NCBI GenBank assembly: GCA_043228905.1
Contig: JBHGNT010000006.1
Coordinates: 8,060,001-8,124,000, forward strand
DNA length: 64,000 bases
Source of the DNA: Azolla caroliniana
Taxonomy: Eukaryota > Plantae > Polypodiophyta
Direction of reading: 5' to 3'
A program made the translations under genes and the position numbers. The notes under the pieces were generated by a model that was not told where the DNA came from, made no database searches, and saw only the letters and a program-made list of their open reading frames with translations. Numbering within the stretch: the stretch's first letter is position 1; every line of letters begins with the position of its first letter. Shown in pieces: positions 40,100 to 54,500 of this stretch.

Positions 40100-42223
40100 G
40101 ATGTCGTTCTTTTCTACCTTTACTAAGAAAGAACCTAGGGGGTAGTGTACTTAACAATCTCAAGTTATGAATGGGCACTTCACTATGACTTTTTTATTTA
40201 TTTATGTTTTGGCTACCTTTATGAAGAAAGAACATTGGGGGGGCGTTATTGTCAATAATTAGCAAGTTATGGATGGGCACATCACTATGACTTGTTGACA
40301 TCGTAGGGGTAATCGTCATAATAAATAGGAAACAATTTATAGTAGATCTAGATGGTATTTTGGTAGATGTCCCCATTTTTAATTACTTGAATAATACATG
40401 CAATGTTGATTCTCTTACTAGCACTCTTTGCTACTATCTTAAATCATCTACACCACAATAAATTGTCCTTAGACATTTTCCTTGTTAGATTTGCCCCCAT
40501 GTTGTCGATCTAAACTAGACAATAAATGTGCTTCTTATCTGAAGTCGGGTGGACCAAGTGTTAGGATGTTATGATCTCCCACAAATAAAATTCCCTTGAC
40601 ATGTGCAACAGAATTGTAATTGTCATTAGCTATGTATATGGAACCTTGTTCTCAGAAAACCATAGCACTTTTAGGAAGTATGAAGGAAAGTAAGCTCTTT
40701 CCCTCACCGGAATATGTTTGAGTCTTACTAACTACAGAAATTAAGGTGTTGACAACCAACACTCATGTACTTTGTTTCAATGGTCTATTCCCAATTAGAT
40801 TCCCTAACATTGTGGATTCATAATTCTAGATGAAACCTAGCTAGATGTGGTGGCATGTGAGCATTGGGGACCCACCAACCCAAATGGAGATCATGACCAC
40901 TCCCCAATGCACCTAGCTTATAGACCTTGCACACAAAATTCATGATGTTGAGCTCATTAGGGAAAGACCATCCTTTACCTCCCTAAACCTAGATATATAT
41001 GTGGAACCTTCCTTTGCGAAAGTTCTTTGACGGTCTTGTCCAACATGGAACTTTCAATGCTTTTTTTGTATATGCCCTTACCTCCTTTCATTCTTAACAT
41101 GTTCACTTAGTGCTCTACGTATCCTAGCATTATTTCACAATAAACAATGCAAGCATCAACTTGATCTACTTGTATCATTTGCTCATTGGTTGATAACATC
41201 TCACACCACATCACACCTAGCTATTAATGCAAAGAGTCACCTATATATTCTAATAATATTGAGAACTCTATCCACATTTGCCAAAAACTTATACATGGCC
41301 CCTTACCTCTTTTTGTTATGGCAATGGCTATGGATGGCCATTCATCCAACATTGTTTAGCAATCATTGATGTTGAACCTCACGTTGTTCTCACCTACTCT
41401 CATTCATGCACCATGTCCTCAACTCCTTATATTTCTTATGATGCTCATTGAATATATGTTTTGATGCATCTGATATTTTTGAATGAGCCTTAGAAGCCTT
41501 TAAATGGACATTTTCATGCTCTTTGGGGTCCCTTACTTCTTGTTGAGCTCAAATACTTGTAAACAACCATTTATATAAAAGCAAGTTTGACAGTCATGTT
41601 CATCTACATTAGATTTGTGAAAAGGCTAGTAATGCATGAGTTATATTGAACCAACCTCACTCAATGTCAATCATATGCTAATCTTCAACCAAGGTATTGT
41701 TGTTATTAGGCTTTCTTTATCCGTTGCTAGCTTACTCTAGGACTAAACCATAAAGAGTTGCTTTATATTGTAAACATATTTACATGACCATACTCGTGCT
41801 CATTGACAATCACGTGTTGTCTAGAGTCCCCTTATGACCTTCTTTACTCTCTTTAATGTTCCTCTTCCATGTCTCCTCTCATGGAAAACATTTTTTCGTA
41901 CTACCTATATTTCTGTGTCAGAAGGTGGCAACATTATGAAACTTACAATTCAAGATTGCATTAAGTTTGAGAGGTTATATTAAACTCACACCAGTATTAA
42001 CATATTACATAGGAGATCATTGGGTAACACATTAATTAGGAGATCATTTCGCCACAAAACAATGACTGTGTATAAATGCACATTCGATAATCTATACAAT
42101 GATACACTTGATATACAGCTATTTAAACCAAGTCCTCTCATAAAGCTTTAAAACTCTACATAGCTTTACACAAAACAAATACTGTTTTCTATTATCCACA
42201 TGTTTATTTGCTAATGCATTTTA

Positions 42224-45200
42224 TCATTGTGATTTTGTTGGATCCCATGCCACTACAAACCCTTCATCAAGGGCATCTAATTCAGCCATTTCAGAATCCG
42301 ATATCTCAAAGTCAAAAACCTGTCATAAAATGAAGAATATGACACATTTCCACAGCACAATTCTACCAGAAGAAGCTGATGTTTCAAAAACAATATTAAT
42401 TGATAAATACCTGTGAATTCTCTAGTATTCGAGTTGGTTTGACCGATTTTGGGATTGTTACAAAGCCTTTTTGTAAGCACCACCGGATGAGAATTTGTGC
42501 AGTGGTTTTCTTGTGTTTCTTAGCAATCTACAAGAGAAAACACGTGCCATATGATTGTATGTCCAGTCCGAATATGAAATGAGCTCTCGTTTCAAGTTGT
42601 AGATGCTACATGGTTACTAAAACTAATTCAAGTTATAAACGTTAGCACTGTCACTAAAACTAGTTCAGTACTACAAATGAGAACATGGATACTGAAACTA
42701 ATTCAAGTTATAAATGCTAACATGGATATTAAAACTACTTCAACATATAAATGTGAACATGGACACTAGTACGTGCTCTCCAAGCAAATAGATAGAGAGA
42801 GAGAACTCCAGAAAGAATGTTAGGGAAAGCATGCTTTACATCTAGCTACAATAACTGATGGCTCATAAGAGTCCAGCTTTACAATGGCCTTGTTAATGAT
42901 ATATGCACCAAAATCTACATGAAAAAAGGGGAAAAAAAAAATCTTCAATGTAACATTATGTTGCCATCACATAACCAAACTGAAAATCACTGCCCGCAAC
43001 TTTATATGTATTTCTCTTAACCTGAGATATTTATCATTAACCATATTTTAAGTTGATGTTCTTAAATCCATCTGGGAATAAACACCAAAGCAGATGGCTT
43101 ACCTTCAATAAAAGAGGTTCCTTCAGTCTCTGCCCTCTCGTGAGAGGAGAGTACGCTTCCAATATAATATTCTCATTCCGACAAAAGTCGACAAGTTCTT
43201 TACGTGAATTGAATGGATGCAACTCAACCTGAAATATTAGAAACATTCACCAAGGCATAACAGAACTTGGTAGGTGGCTTCATATTATCTATAGTCTACA
43301 TACTTCAAAGTAAAACACAAGTATTGCCTTGTTCAGGGTCGTTAGGTACCTGATTTATGGAGGGTCGGATTTCACAGTTGGCAAACAATTCCTTCAAATG
43401 ATGAATGCCATAATTACTAACACCGATTGATCTTGCTTTTCCACACTTGAGGATATTCTCCATGGCCTTCCATGTATCAAGTCTCTTTCTCGGAGAAAGA
43501 GGAGAATGGACCAAGTATAAATCCACTAAAAATGATTATTCGAAACAAAATCAGGGCAACAGCATATTAAAGACACATGAAATAGAAAGCATGTCCCTCA
43601 CCATAATCTAGCCCCAGCTTTTTCAGACTACGGTCACATGCTTCTAATGTGCTTGCATAACCATGATCTGAATTCCACAGTTTGGTTGTCACAAAAATCT
43701 CTTCCCTCGGGACTTTAGAAGCTCGAATAGCATCCCCTGAAAGAATTTCCCTTTCCATCATTCTTCTTTACATCACAGAAAACATTTGAATAAAATTGTG
43801 TACAGCAAGAAGGTTGTGCAAAGTCAAAACAATTCCATCGTTAAGAATTCACCATTCCATCATTCCTCTTTCCAAAAATAATGTGTTCAGCCCAATTTAG
43901 CCAGATTCACAGTTTGCATTTCTATGCATCCATTATGTGTGTCATCTTGAACCCATTTCAACATAGTCTTCAAGTACCCACCAAAACTTTCTTGACTTTC
44001 AGATTAGATTGGATTCGAACTCAGTCATGTTATCAACTAGTGCATCTCTATGGATCCTATACACCTCAAGACATTTCGATGTAGTTCAAATCTCCTACAT
44101 CAGAAACTTCTTCTAATGTAGATCTTATTGATTTTATATTGTACTTATTTCTCATAACGGTGTCTTCAACATCATGAACCCATTCCCTTTTTATACCAAA
44201 GCTAACTCCATAGACAATGTATATGTTATGCAAAATCAAACAGCCAGAAACAACCCCCAGTACCATTTAACTCATTTATTATGCATTCTTGTCAACAATT
44301 ACAACTGGCATCTTATGCTTTACTGGGTTGAATTCCCAATAACATTTCCCAAGTGTTTGATTATCCTTCGTATGGACCAAGGAGTTTTCTTTTCATATAT
44401 ACATTCCACAGATATAACTTCCATATAGAATAGGTTCTTGATGTTGGAGACACCATTGAGCAAGAGACAGTAAATAAGTACTTATTGTACTTATTTCTCA
44501 TAATGGCGTCTTCAACATCATGAACCCATTCCCATTTTATACCAAAGCTAACTCCATGGATAATGTATATGTTTTGCAAAATCAAACAGCCAGAAACAAT
44601 CCCCAGCACCATGTAGCTCATTTATTATGCATTCTTGTCAACAATTACAGCTGGCATCCTTATGCTTTACTGGGTTGAGTTTCCAATAACATTTCCAAAG
44701 TGTTTGATTATCCTTTGTACGGACCATGGAGTTTGCTTTTCATATATATATATTCCACGGATATAACTTCCATATCGAATAGATTCATGATGTTGGAGAC
44801 ACCATTGAGCAAGAGACAGTAAATAAGTACTTATTGTACTTATTTCTCATAATGGCGTCTTCAACATCATGAACCCATTCCCATTTTATACCAAAGCTAA
44901 CTCCATGGATAATGTATATGTTTTGCAAAATCAAACAGCCAGAAACAATCCCCAGCACCATGTAGCTCATTTATTATGCATTCTTGTCAACAATTACAGC
45001 TGGCATCCTTATGCTTTACTGGGTTGAGTTTCCAATAACATTTCCAAAGTGTTTGATTATCCTTTGTACGGACCATGGAGTTTGCTTTTCATATATATAT
45101 ATTCCACGGATATAACTTCCATATCGAATAGATTCATGATGTTGGAGACACCATTGAGCAAGAGACAGTAAATAAGTACAACATGAAATCAATTGATTTT

Positions 45201-47537
45201 GCATTACAAGAAGTTGCTGATGCAGGACATTTGGATGCTTGAGACAACGTTGAAATGGCATAAGAGATGATAGGCATAACAGGACGTGTAGAGAGAGATA
45301 TTGGTTGATAATATGATCCAAATCCGAACGTCAGAACAATCTTGCTAAGGTTATGGGAAGATAGCTAAGTTGTAGGGTTAATAGTTGGCAGGACTGTCAA
45401 CACTACAGAGCATGGTCATAACATGAGTTTGATTTGGAAGATGGACAACATTTGAAAAGACAGATGTCCAGTTGTGTGGATTGGGTCTAAGAATTAACTT
45501 AATGAAACAATGATGAAGTAAAAGAGTTCCCATTCTATCACTCTACTTTATGCCATAAACTTTAAATGAAACTGTACATAAGTTGAGGATCATGGAAACA
45601 CAAATTCTTTCATATCTAGAAAGTAATATAACACGGAGACAGGAAGGATGCTATTATGAATTAAAGTAGTTTCCCTTTCTATTACTCTTCTTGACATCTG
45701 GAAATGAAAACACACATAGAAAAGAAAAGAATACCACATAAACAACGCTTTCATGAAATAATTAGGGTTGTAATCCAAAGAAGAGTATATAGAAAAAGAG
45801 ATTACGGTAAACATGTCAAAGGAGAGAAGGAAATGAAAAGAAAACCAGAAAAACAAGGGTTGGGAATAAGCCAAGAAATGGATATGGATGAGGTTCTAAA
45901 TAACAAGCCAAGAAATGGATACAACAAAATGGCCAGTGTTGGGAATAAGCCGATATCTATAGATAGAAGTACCACGGCCCTTGCTTAATCCACATATAAT
46001 GAAGGATGAAATGGTAAAGAAATGAAGAGCAAAGCAAACACAAACAAGTATTTTAATCAAATAATTAGGCTTCTATTCTAAGGAAAGGCATTCAAAAATT
46101 ATTGTGTCATCCATATCAAGAATAATCTTAGATCTATGCGAAGAAAACAACCATAAGGCTGACTAAATCCATACATCTTTGGATATTAACGAGAAATCAG
46201 TGTTCTCAAGAGAGATGGAAAGGGAAAAAAAAGACAAAGAGATAAAGAAATGAATATCAACTAATTAGTTAGGGTTCTATATTCTAATCTAGGCAGAGGT
46301 AAATACAAACTAGCAAAGAATATTTGACGACTCGGATAGCTTTAAGTCTAAGATCTATTCATTAAAACCACAGTGAGATGAGTTACATAAAAAATAGGCA
46401 TAAATTTATGGTTTCCATTGATGAAAAAACGTACCATCTTCTGTTCAAATAAGGAATATGCATTAAATCTATTTGTGAAAATCACAGTGACAAGATTATT
46501 TATGCCAAAAAGGAGAACAAATTTATGGTTTATGATGATTAATACCTTCTTCTACTCAAAAGGGAACATGCCTAAGTCTATACACAGAAATCAACATAAA
46601 CTCGTTGTTTATGCCAAAAAGGAGTTATTTTTTAACATTCCTGGTGATGAAAATCACAGTAAATTGAGTCAGAATAAATAAGATTTTAACAGGAAAAAGT
46701 ATGAAAAACGATGGATTAGCATTTCAAGGGAGAAATTTTTTTATGGCTTCTGATAATGAAGAAGAAACAAAGTATCTGCTTTGGTTTTTCAAATGGACGC
46801 CACCAAAATCACAGTTCGATTATGCAAAAGGATAAGGGATTAGATTTCCCAATGATGATTATCGGTAAAAATTGGTCATTTTCGCCAACAATGAGAAATA
46901 TGGTTTCTGAGGATGAAAATTCAGACATATCGGATCCAGACTCATACTCATATATGAAATAAACCTGAATCTATAGCAAGGAAGTCCATCGAAAACACAG
47001 TAAAATGGTGAGAATACAGAAGAAGCTACGGTTTCTGATCATGATGATGACGAACCTATTTTATAGAATTAGGAATACATGAAAAACGTCGTAAAAATGA
47101 TGAAAAAGGGAGAAATCAGGGTTTTTCGTGATACCGAATTAATTCCACGAAAACATAGAATTGAAACTGATGATAAAATAATCCTAGACTATATAAAAAA
47201 ATCCATGAGAATCACAGATGAAAGAAACAGAATAGATTAGCACTTCTGATTATGAATATGAAGAAGAAATACCTACTGATTGTTCGTTTCCATAGTGATG
47301 AGCTGTGTCGACATGGCGATAACCTTGTTGCAGAGCGAACAACACAGAATCGAAAGCTTCTTTAGGAGACATGAGGAAGACTCCGAGACCAAGAACGGGG
47401 ATACTAACTGAGACCTCATCGTTGCTGAAGCCGCCATGGACGTGGCCTCCATTGTGCACATGAAGCTTTACTACGCTCTTCAGACTGCTACTTCCGATTC
47501 TTCTGTTCAGATCCATGGCTCCTTCTCCGTCAGCCAT
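42224..47537 (-). CDS. Aldo-keto reductase (AKR5/2,5-DKG reductase-like), 6 exons, ~304 aa
   Basis: Exons 47537-47273, 43736-43602, 43525-43350, 43228-43103, 42527-42411 and 42319-42224 (915 nt). Motifs [51 protein letters not shown] and IPKS. The D-Y-K-H tetrad is intact. Confidence 0.93.
42609..42768. repeat. ~37-bp degenerate minisatellite (4+ copies) in AKR intron 4
   Basis: Repeated catgg(a/t)tact(a/g)aaactaattcaagttataaa. Confidence 0.75.
44137..45179. repeat. ~346-349 bp x3 tandem repeat in AKR intron 1
   Basis: gtacttatttctcataa at 44141, 44487 and 44836. Copies 2 and 3 look identical and copy 1 is diverged. The ORF track shows the same peptide in successive copies. Confidence 0.95.
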
Positions 47538-48478
47538 GGCTCCTTTCAGGTGGCTCCCAAACGAAGTCCGTCTAATCAAATGCTAATTACTCCCCAATTA
47601 GTAGTTGCATGCCTTAAGTACTCCTTAATCGTCTCTTAATTGTCTCCTAATCATGCCTTACCACAACATAGGTCATTAGCGAGGCCCTTCAATGAGATAC
47701 TTAATCATAAGTTGTATTTGCTTCTTAATCCTCTCTGTTGGCTTCCAACGTTCCGCCAACCCGTGTACTTCTTAATTTTACTTGCATCTTTTGAAGTGCC
47801 GATTCCGCTTGTGTCTTCATCATCTGAACTTCTACTATGTGAAACCAGGCGATGCTTGAGTGTTAATCAACACTATATCAGTTCCATCATCAATGCTTTA
47901 AATGTCTCATTTGTTTGAAGTGTTAATATTACATCTTACTTTTTTATTGATGTTGTCGACTATAACGGTTATGAGCATTGGATGGAGTTGTCTTAATTAC
48001 TTCTTCGTCTTAAACTGTCAGTCCAATGAGTTAATTACCCTTTAAGTATCGACTAATCCAACCACATCCATCAAGTTTTGATTATGAATGTTGTAAGAAG
48101 TTGTATTCGATGTTTATTAGGCTTTACATGTTAACTACTTGTTATGTATTGACTCGTGTGATCCGACCATAACATGATGTTTGAGGAATGCTAGTCACTT
48201 ATAAGTAATCATTAATTCAATTCACGTGAGATCCTTAAGGATGCTAAGATACATCTAATGTACGTGAATCACACAATGATCATCAAATTGATTTATTATT
48301 TGTGATGCTTAAGAAGCCAAGCTCATGAATTCATCAACTGTATATTGTTCACAAGGTAATTGATCTATGCATTGAAACTAACCTCTTCACTTGTACGACA
48401 TAAAAGGCTTTAGTTAGAATAACTTACTCAAGCATTTATTGATGATTAGGGTCACTAAAGCAGTTCAACAATATGTAA

Positions 48479-48520
<42 letters not shown>

Positions 48521-48537
48521 TAGCTTGTTAATAGTTA

Positions 48538-48715
48538 TGTAGGACATCAACTACCTTAGTAAAACCCTTGTTTGTCTGGTTTTCTTTACAGTCCCTTCTC
48601 TCTTTTTCTATACACTCTCTTAGGATTAGAACCCTAATTATTTCATGAAACCCTTGTTTGTTTGGTTTTCTTTTCTTTGATATGTGTGTTTTAATTTCTA
48701 GAATTTTGTCCTACA
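48538..48715. mobile_element. 178-bp element with 9-bp terminal inverted repeats (MITE or tiny solo LTR)
   Basis: TGTAGGACA...TGTCCTACA flanked by TTA on both sides. Internal direct repeat aaacccttgtttgt(c/t)tggtttt. Confidence 0.5.
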
Positions 48716-50095
48716 TTAAAAGCCTAGTTTTCAATAACCCATAGGTATGTGGATTGCATTAGGATCGAAGCCTACCTCAATATATCATTGAGTCATGAAT
48801 CGTAACACTTCCTTTTACATCATCTTTGCACTCATCACGATCATATAATGAACATGATTATGTGATTCATTTATGCCAATTATTTCCTTATGGCATAGAT
48901 GTGGTAATCACAAGGATATAGCCAATGCGAGCCTCATTTGATACATATGTATATATAGAAGTTCAAAGGTTGATGACGCATTGTTGTAGTTTTCCTTTGT
49001 AATCCACCTAAAACCAATCAAAATTTAGGACCTGCACCGTAGATATTTGTTAATGAACTCAATTAGGTTGACACAAGAATGGGGAAAATGTACTAAGTTG
49101 TTTTAAAATACGCTAAACTTCATCGGTAGCTTCAATGAAATTGATAATCTTAATGGTTGGATGGGATTGTTGTTCAAATGGTGCAACAACACAAGAATCT
49201 CTGTAATGCATAGATAATCTAGCCTATGTATTTGTATTTGTAGATGTTGTGTGTGTGTGTGTGTGTGTGCGCGCGCGCGCGAACAAACCCTTGCCCTTTG
49301 TGGACTATATGAAGTCAAATTTCTCATAAGATGGAAGTCATGCTTCTTGTATGAACCAAACAACTAAACTACAATGATATTTGCAATGCATTTGTTGCTA
49401 CAATTTTTCTTTATGTGTTGAGGTTTCAAAGTAGCATTGGAACACATGGAAAAAATGGTATGATGATGTTTCCCCTTGGAAGAAGAAGGTAGTTGTACTA
49501 TACTTGATGTATATTAACGATGAATGTGAAACAAACAAGTGTAGATATTCATGGGTGCATGTCAAGGATGTCATGATTAATGGTACGATTAGGAGAATTC
49601 AACTTAAGGTTAAAATTGTCGCACATGGTTGTGCATGTAATGGAAGGGTATAGATAGCATGGGCATGTTAGTAACTAAAATTGAATTAAAGGTGATTCAA
49701 GTATTTCCAAATCTTCTTCATGAATATGAAATACGAAAACCATATTTATTCACAAAACCAAATAGAATTAAGAAGTTGGGTGCTTGAATTAAGATCCCTT
49801 ATCGTTTGCTTGTCATAAGAAATCCTCTTGCAATAATTATGGGTATTCGTGGTTGGGCATGCATATTGTTCATCCATAATAATGGGTGTTTATTGATCAT
49901 TGTGGCTGGAGCATGCTTGGGCTTTGGACGGGTCATGCAAATGAAAAAACCTAACTTTCAAATTCCTACTAATCTTCACGTAATTTATACCCTTGGTTTT
50001 TTTTATGTAAAACTACCCATGGTCACAAATCATAGAAAGAACATGGTATATGTAAAGAATCTAACTCTAGTAGAGTTTAGTATTCAGAAGTGTAT

Positions 50096-50139
<44 letters not shown>

Positions 50140-51543
50140 CGAATGTATAAGCAAGAGAAGGAATTACAGAGAATAACCAGAAAAATCAGAAAACACACAG
50201 TAGGGGGATGCCGCTTATGCACTTAAGAGAGCTATATTAATTATCTAAAGATCATCAACTAAACTAAATGGCCAAAGGGGGTTTTATATACAAGTCAAGG
50301 GACTACCCTATTAAATGTGTTGGTGGAATCTAACCAAGATATCCACTTGAGTACGATTTTGTCATAAGAATATCTAATATTCTTTGACCACACTAACACT
50401 CGACAACTACACGGATTACAATAAAGTGTGCTCACACACTTTTTCACACATCGTCGTTTTCTTCATAAACACATGTTCACACAAGTTGGATGCTGCAGAG
50501 ATTATTGCAGTGGATCAGTATTGGCTTGTTCACCAATTCGTTGAAGTCTTTCAATGGTCTTTTAAGCCATACACCTTCGCAAGCAGCTACAGTTGCAGCC
50601 TTATATTCCTCCGCCTCAATGCTCGATAGAGCGACTATTGGTTGTTTCTTGCTGCTCCAAGAGATTGCTCCACTACTGAGTGAAAACATAAATCCCGAAG
50701 TGGATCTCCTATCAGATGCATTGCCCGCCCAATCAGCATCTGTGAAGCCTTCGAGTCGAAGTGGTACTCCACGTTTATAGAAGATACCATAATCAAGTGT
50801 TCCACTAATATAATGTAACACTATGTTAGCACAATCCATGTGAGTGTCGCGGGGGTTTCCATGAACTGGCCAAGAACCCCGACCGGATAGTTGAGGTCTG
50901 GTCGGGTGATAGTTAAGTAAATAAGACTCCTAATTATTTGGTGATACTGTGTCGGCTCACAGAATTTTCTAGAATCTGTTGTTAGCTTCATATTTCGATC
51001 AAGGGGTGTCGAGATGGACTTACACTCAATTATTCCGAACTTGTAGAGCAAGTTCAACGCATAGTGTCGTTGTGAGAGTAGGAACCCTTCTAGAGTTTGA
51101 ATGACCTCGATACCGAGAAAATAATGTAATGTAAACAATTACTTGCGGAAGCGTTAGAAAACAGAGAAAGTAGTGAATACACAGAGTACGCGGGAGAGAC
51201 AGAGAGAGCAGAACGTAAAAGCTATATTAAAAAACGATATAATTACTATGTACATACAACTATGCTCAGTAGCATTATTTATACAAGTTCTCGTGGGACT
51301 GACAAAAGTACCGCGTACTTCAATGTTCACACAAGCATCTGACACTTACTACGAGACTATAATTGCCTAGTAGTCTACACTAATACGAGGCTTCCGGTTA
51401 CTGATTGGACCCGGCTAACCGGCTCCCCAGCTCACCGGCTCTGTTGCTTGTCGGCTTGGTTGCTCACAGCTTACCGATCCGTCTCGCTTGCCGGCTCATG
51501 CTTATTCAGCCGATCCGGCTCCAGTTGAGCTTGCCTCTCAACA

Positions 51544-54500
51544 CTCCCCCTCAAGCTCAACTTGAGGTTGGATCCTAGTATCAGTCTCTGTGGCAATCGG
51601 TTCTTCCAACCGACTTCTCCTGGCGTCGCTCCGCCTTGCTCGCGCTCCTCATCCGGTCCGGTTCCGTTTGCCGCAACCCCTCTTGTTCTGCGCGCCTCGA
51701 TCTTCTCAGTTAGTATGTCTGCTCAATAGGCCCCTCTCAACTCCTTCGCTGCTATGACTCCGGTGCTTGCCGATCTGTCGGTTCCTCCGCGATGGCATCG
51801 ACTTCCGCTACATCCGTGTCTGCTTGGCCTTGAATTGATCCAGTTCTTCCGAATCTGTCTGTTGAACCGAATCAACTGTCTTCGATTCGTTCCAGCTCTT
51901 GTTTGAATCGGTTGCTCCCGATTCGTCTTTTGGTTTCAAGCCCTTCACCACATCGGACCATGTCCGGGTCTTGGCCTTCTTCCTTCGGTCGGCTCTGTCC
52001 TTCTTGACTCTGCCGCCTTCTGTTCTTCCCTCACCGGCGCAATCGGCAGTCTCTTTGCCTGTGCCCGTTCCGGTGTCTTTGCCCGTTCTCCCCCTCAAGT
52101 GTGCCACGTCGAGATGTTGAACACCAAGCATTTCGGTGAAGTGCTGCAACTTGTCCGAGCCGAGTGGTTTGGTGAAGATGTCAGCAACTTGCCGATCCGT
52201 GTGAACATACCGAAGGTCAACCTCACCGCTCATGACACGCTCACGCACAAAGTGATAATGCACTTCTATGTGTTTTGTGCGAGCATGGAATACGGGGTTC
52301 TTGGCGAGTTGCATGCTGCTTATGTTGTCGAGGTAGACCAGAATCGGGGTTGGTACCTCAATCCGTAAGTCTTGTAGTAGTCGCCGAAGCCAAATGGCTT
52401 CACAAGTGGCAATGGTAGCGCCCCAATACTCAGCCTCAGTGCTCGACAGATCAACTGTTGGCTGCTTTTTGCTGCTCCATGCAACAGCCGCACTACTTAG
52501 GGAAAACATGTAACCAGAGGTTGATCGGCGATCTAATGCATCGCCGGCCAAGTCGGCATTTGTGTAACCGACGAGCTCTTCGGTTATACCTCGCCGGTAA
52601 AATAGTCCTCGGTCCTTGGTGCCACTAACATACCGCAATATCCGTTGCGTGCAGTAATGGTGCTCCACGGTCAGCTTCTACATGAACTGACTTATCATAC
52701 CGACCGGATAGCTGATGTCGGGTCGCGTGATAGTCAAGTAAATAAGGCTTCCGACAATTTGTCGGAATCGTTGCTCGTTGTAGGCCGGTCCGGAGTTGGG
52801 ACGAAGCTTCTGGTTTCGATCCAAGGGTGTGGATACAGGTCGGCATTCTGTCATGCCGAACTTGTACAACATATTCAAGACGTAATGTTGTTGTGAGAGC
52901 AGTATGTCGTCCGGGGTTCGGATCACCTCGATCCCTAGAAAATAATGAAGGTCCCCCAGATCCTTCATCTCAAATTCGTCTGATAAATGGGACTTGACGC
53001 GGTTGATTTCTGGAACACCCGGTCCGGTGATGACTTGATCATCAACATACAGCAGTATACATACCAGATCGGCTGGGCCTTGTCGGATGAACAATGAAGA
53101 GTCAGATTTGGAGGCCACAAACCCCATCTTACGCAACCGGTGCGTGATCTTTGCATTCCAAGTTCGAGGGGCTTGCTTCAGGCCGTACAACGACTTCTTC
53201 AGCCGACATACCGCCAATTTGTTCATCTCCGATTGAAAACCGGGAGGCTGAGTCATGAAGACTTCTTCTTCAAGATCACCTTGAAGAAATGCATTCTTCA
53301 CATCCATCTGATGAAGATGCCACCCCCTTGCCGCAACAACCGCCAACACCACTCGAACCGTCGTCATCTTCGCTACAGGAGCGAAGGTCTCGTTGTAGTC
53401 GATTCCGTGGGTCTGCGCATATCCCTTCGCCACTAACCGGGCCTTGTACCGGTTAACTGAACTGTCGGCGTTGTACTTTACTTTGCATATCCACTTGCAT
53501 CCGATCGGTTTACAGTGACGAGGAGGGTCAACCAGGTCCCATGTCTTGTTGACATCAAGTGCCTGCATTTCTTCCTCCATAGCAGCACGCCAATTTGCGT
53601 CCTTGGCCGCTTCTGCGTAGCTCTCCGGCTCACGCACTTCCACTACCTTAGTCATATACGCATAGTGATGCGCCATGTACTCATTGTACTCGTACCGCTT
53701 GACGGGATCCTTCCGGCGGGTGGACCGGCATAACTCACCGTTACCTGGTTTGAGGCCCTTCTTAGCCAGTTCGGTCTTCATTGCCGAAGATCCGCCTTTC
53801 TCCTTGCCAGAGTCAGACGTACACCGATCCAACTCATCGTTGCCAGATTCGAATTCCTGCATCTTCTTCTTCCCCTTCTCTTTGCGCGTGAACCGTCTCC
53901 TCGGTTTCCTTGCGCGGGGAGTGCACGACAGAGTCTCCACTACTCCACAGATTGACTCAGTCTCTCGTTCAACCCACTCAACCGGAACGATTCCGGACTC
54001 TCATCCTGAGTCCACGCTTCATCATCCTCTACCTGAGCCGATTCAAGATCACTAGCCTCATCCACTGGCATCGGGTCAGATTCGGAAGTTGGAGTCGGTA
54101 AGGAGTACCACGATGCTGATTCATCAAACTCGACATCTCGACTAATTCGGACGTGCTTTGTTCGGGGGTTATAACACTTATAACCCTTTGCTCTTCAGAA
54201 TAGCCGACTAGGATGCATTTTTCCGATTTTGCATCCAACTTCCTCCGCTTCTCATTTGGTACATGCACAAATGCAATGCTACCGAAGATCTTAAGGTGTC
54301 TCAAATTCGGCTTCCGCCCGAAATACAGCTTGTGAGCTGACACCTTGTCACCGATCCGGTTCTGGATGTAGACAACCATTTGGATTGCCTCCGCCCAGTA
54401 GAATTTGGGCATGCTCTTTTCCTCCAGCATTGCCCTTGCCACATCGATAAGCGACCAGTTCTTCCTCTCGGCAACACCGTTCTGTTGCGGTGTGTATCTG

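Noticed and set aside
40400-41600. Probable old retroelement debris between RPS12 and AKR
   Set aside because: Too degenerate to classify.
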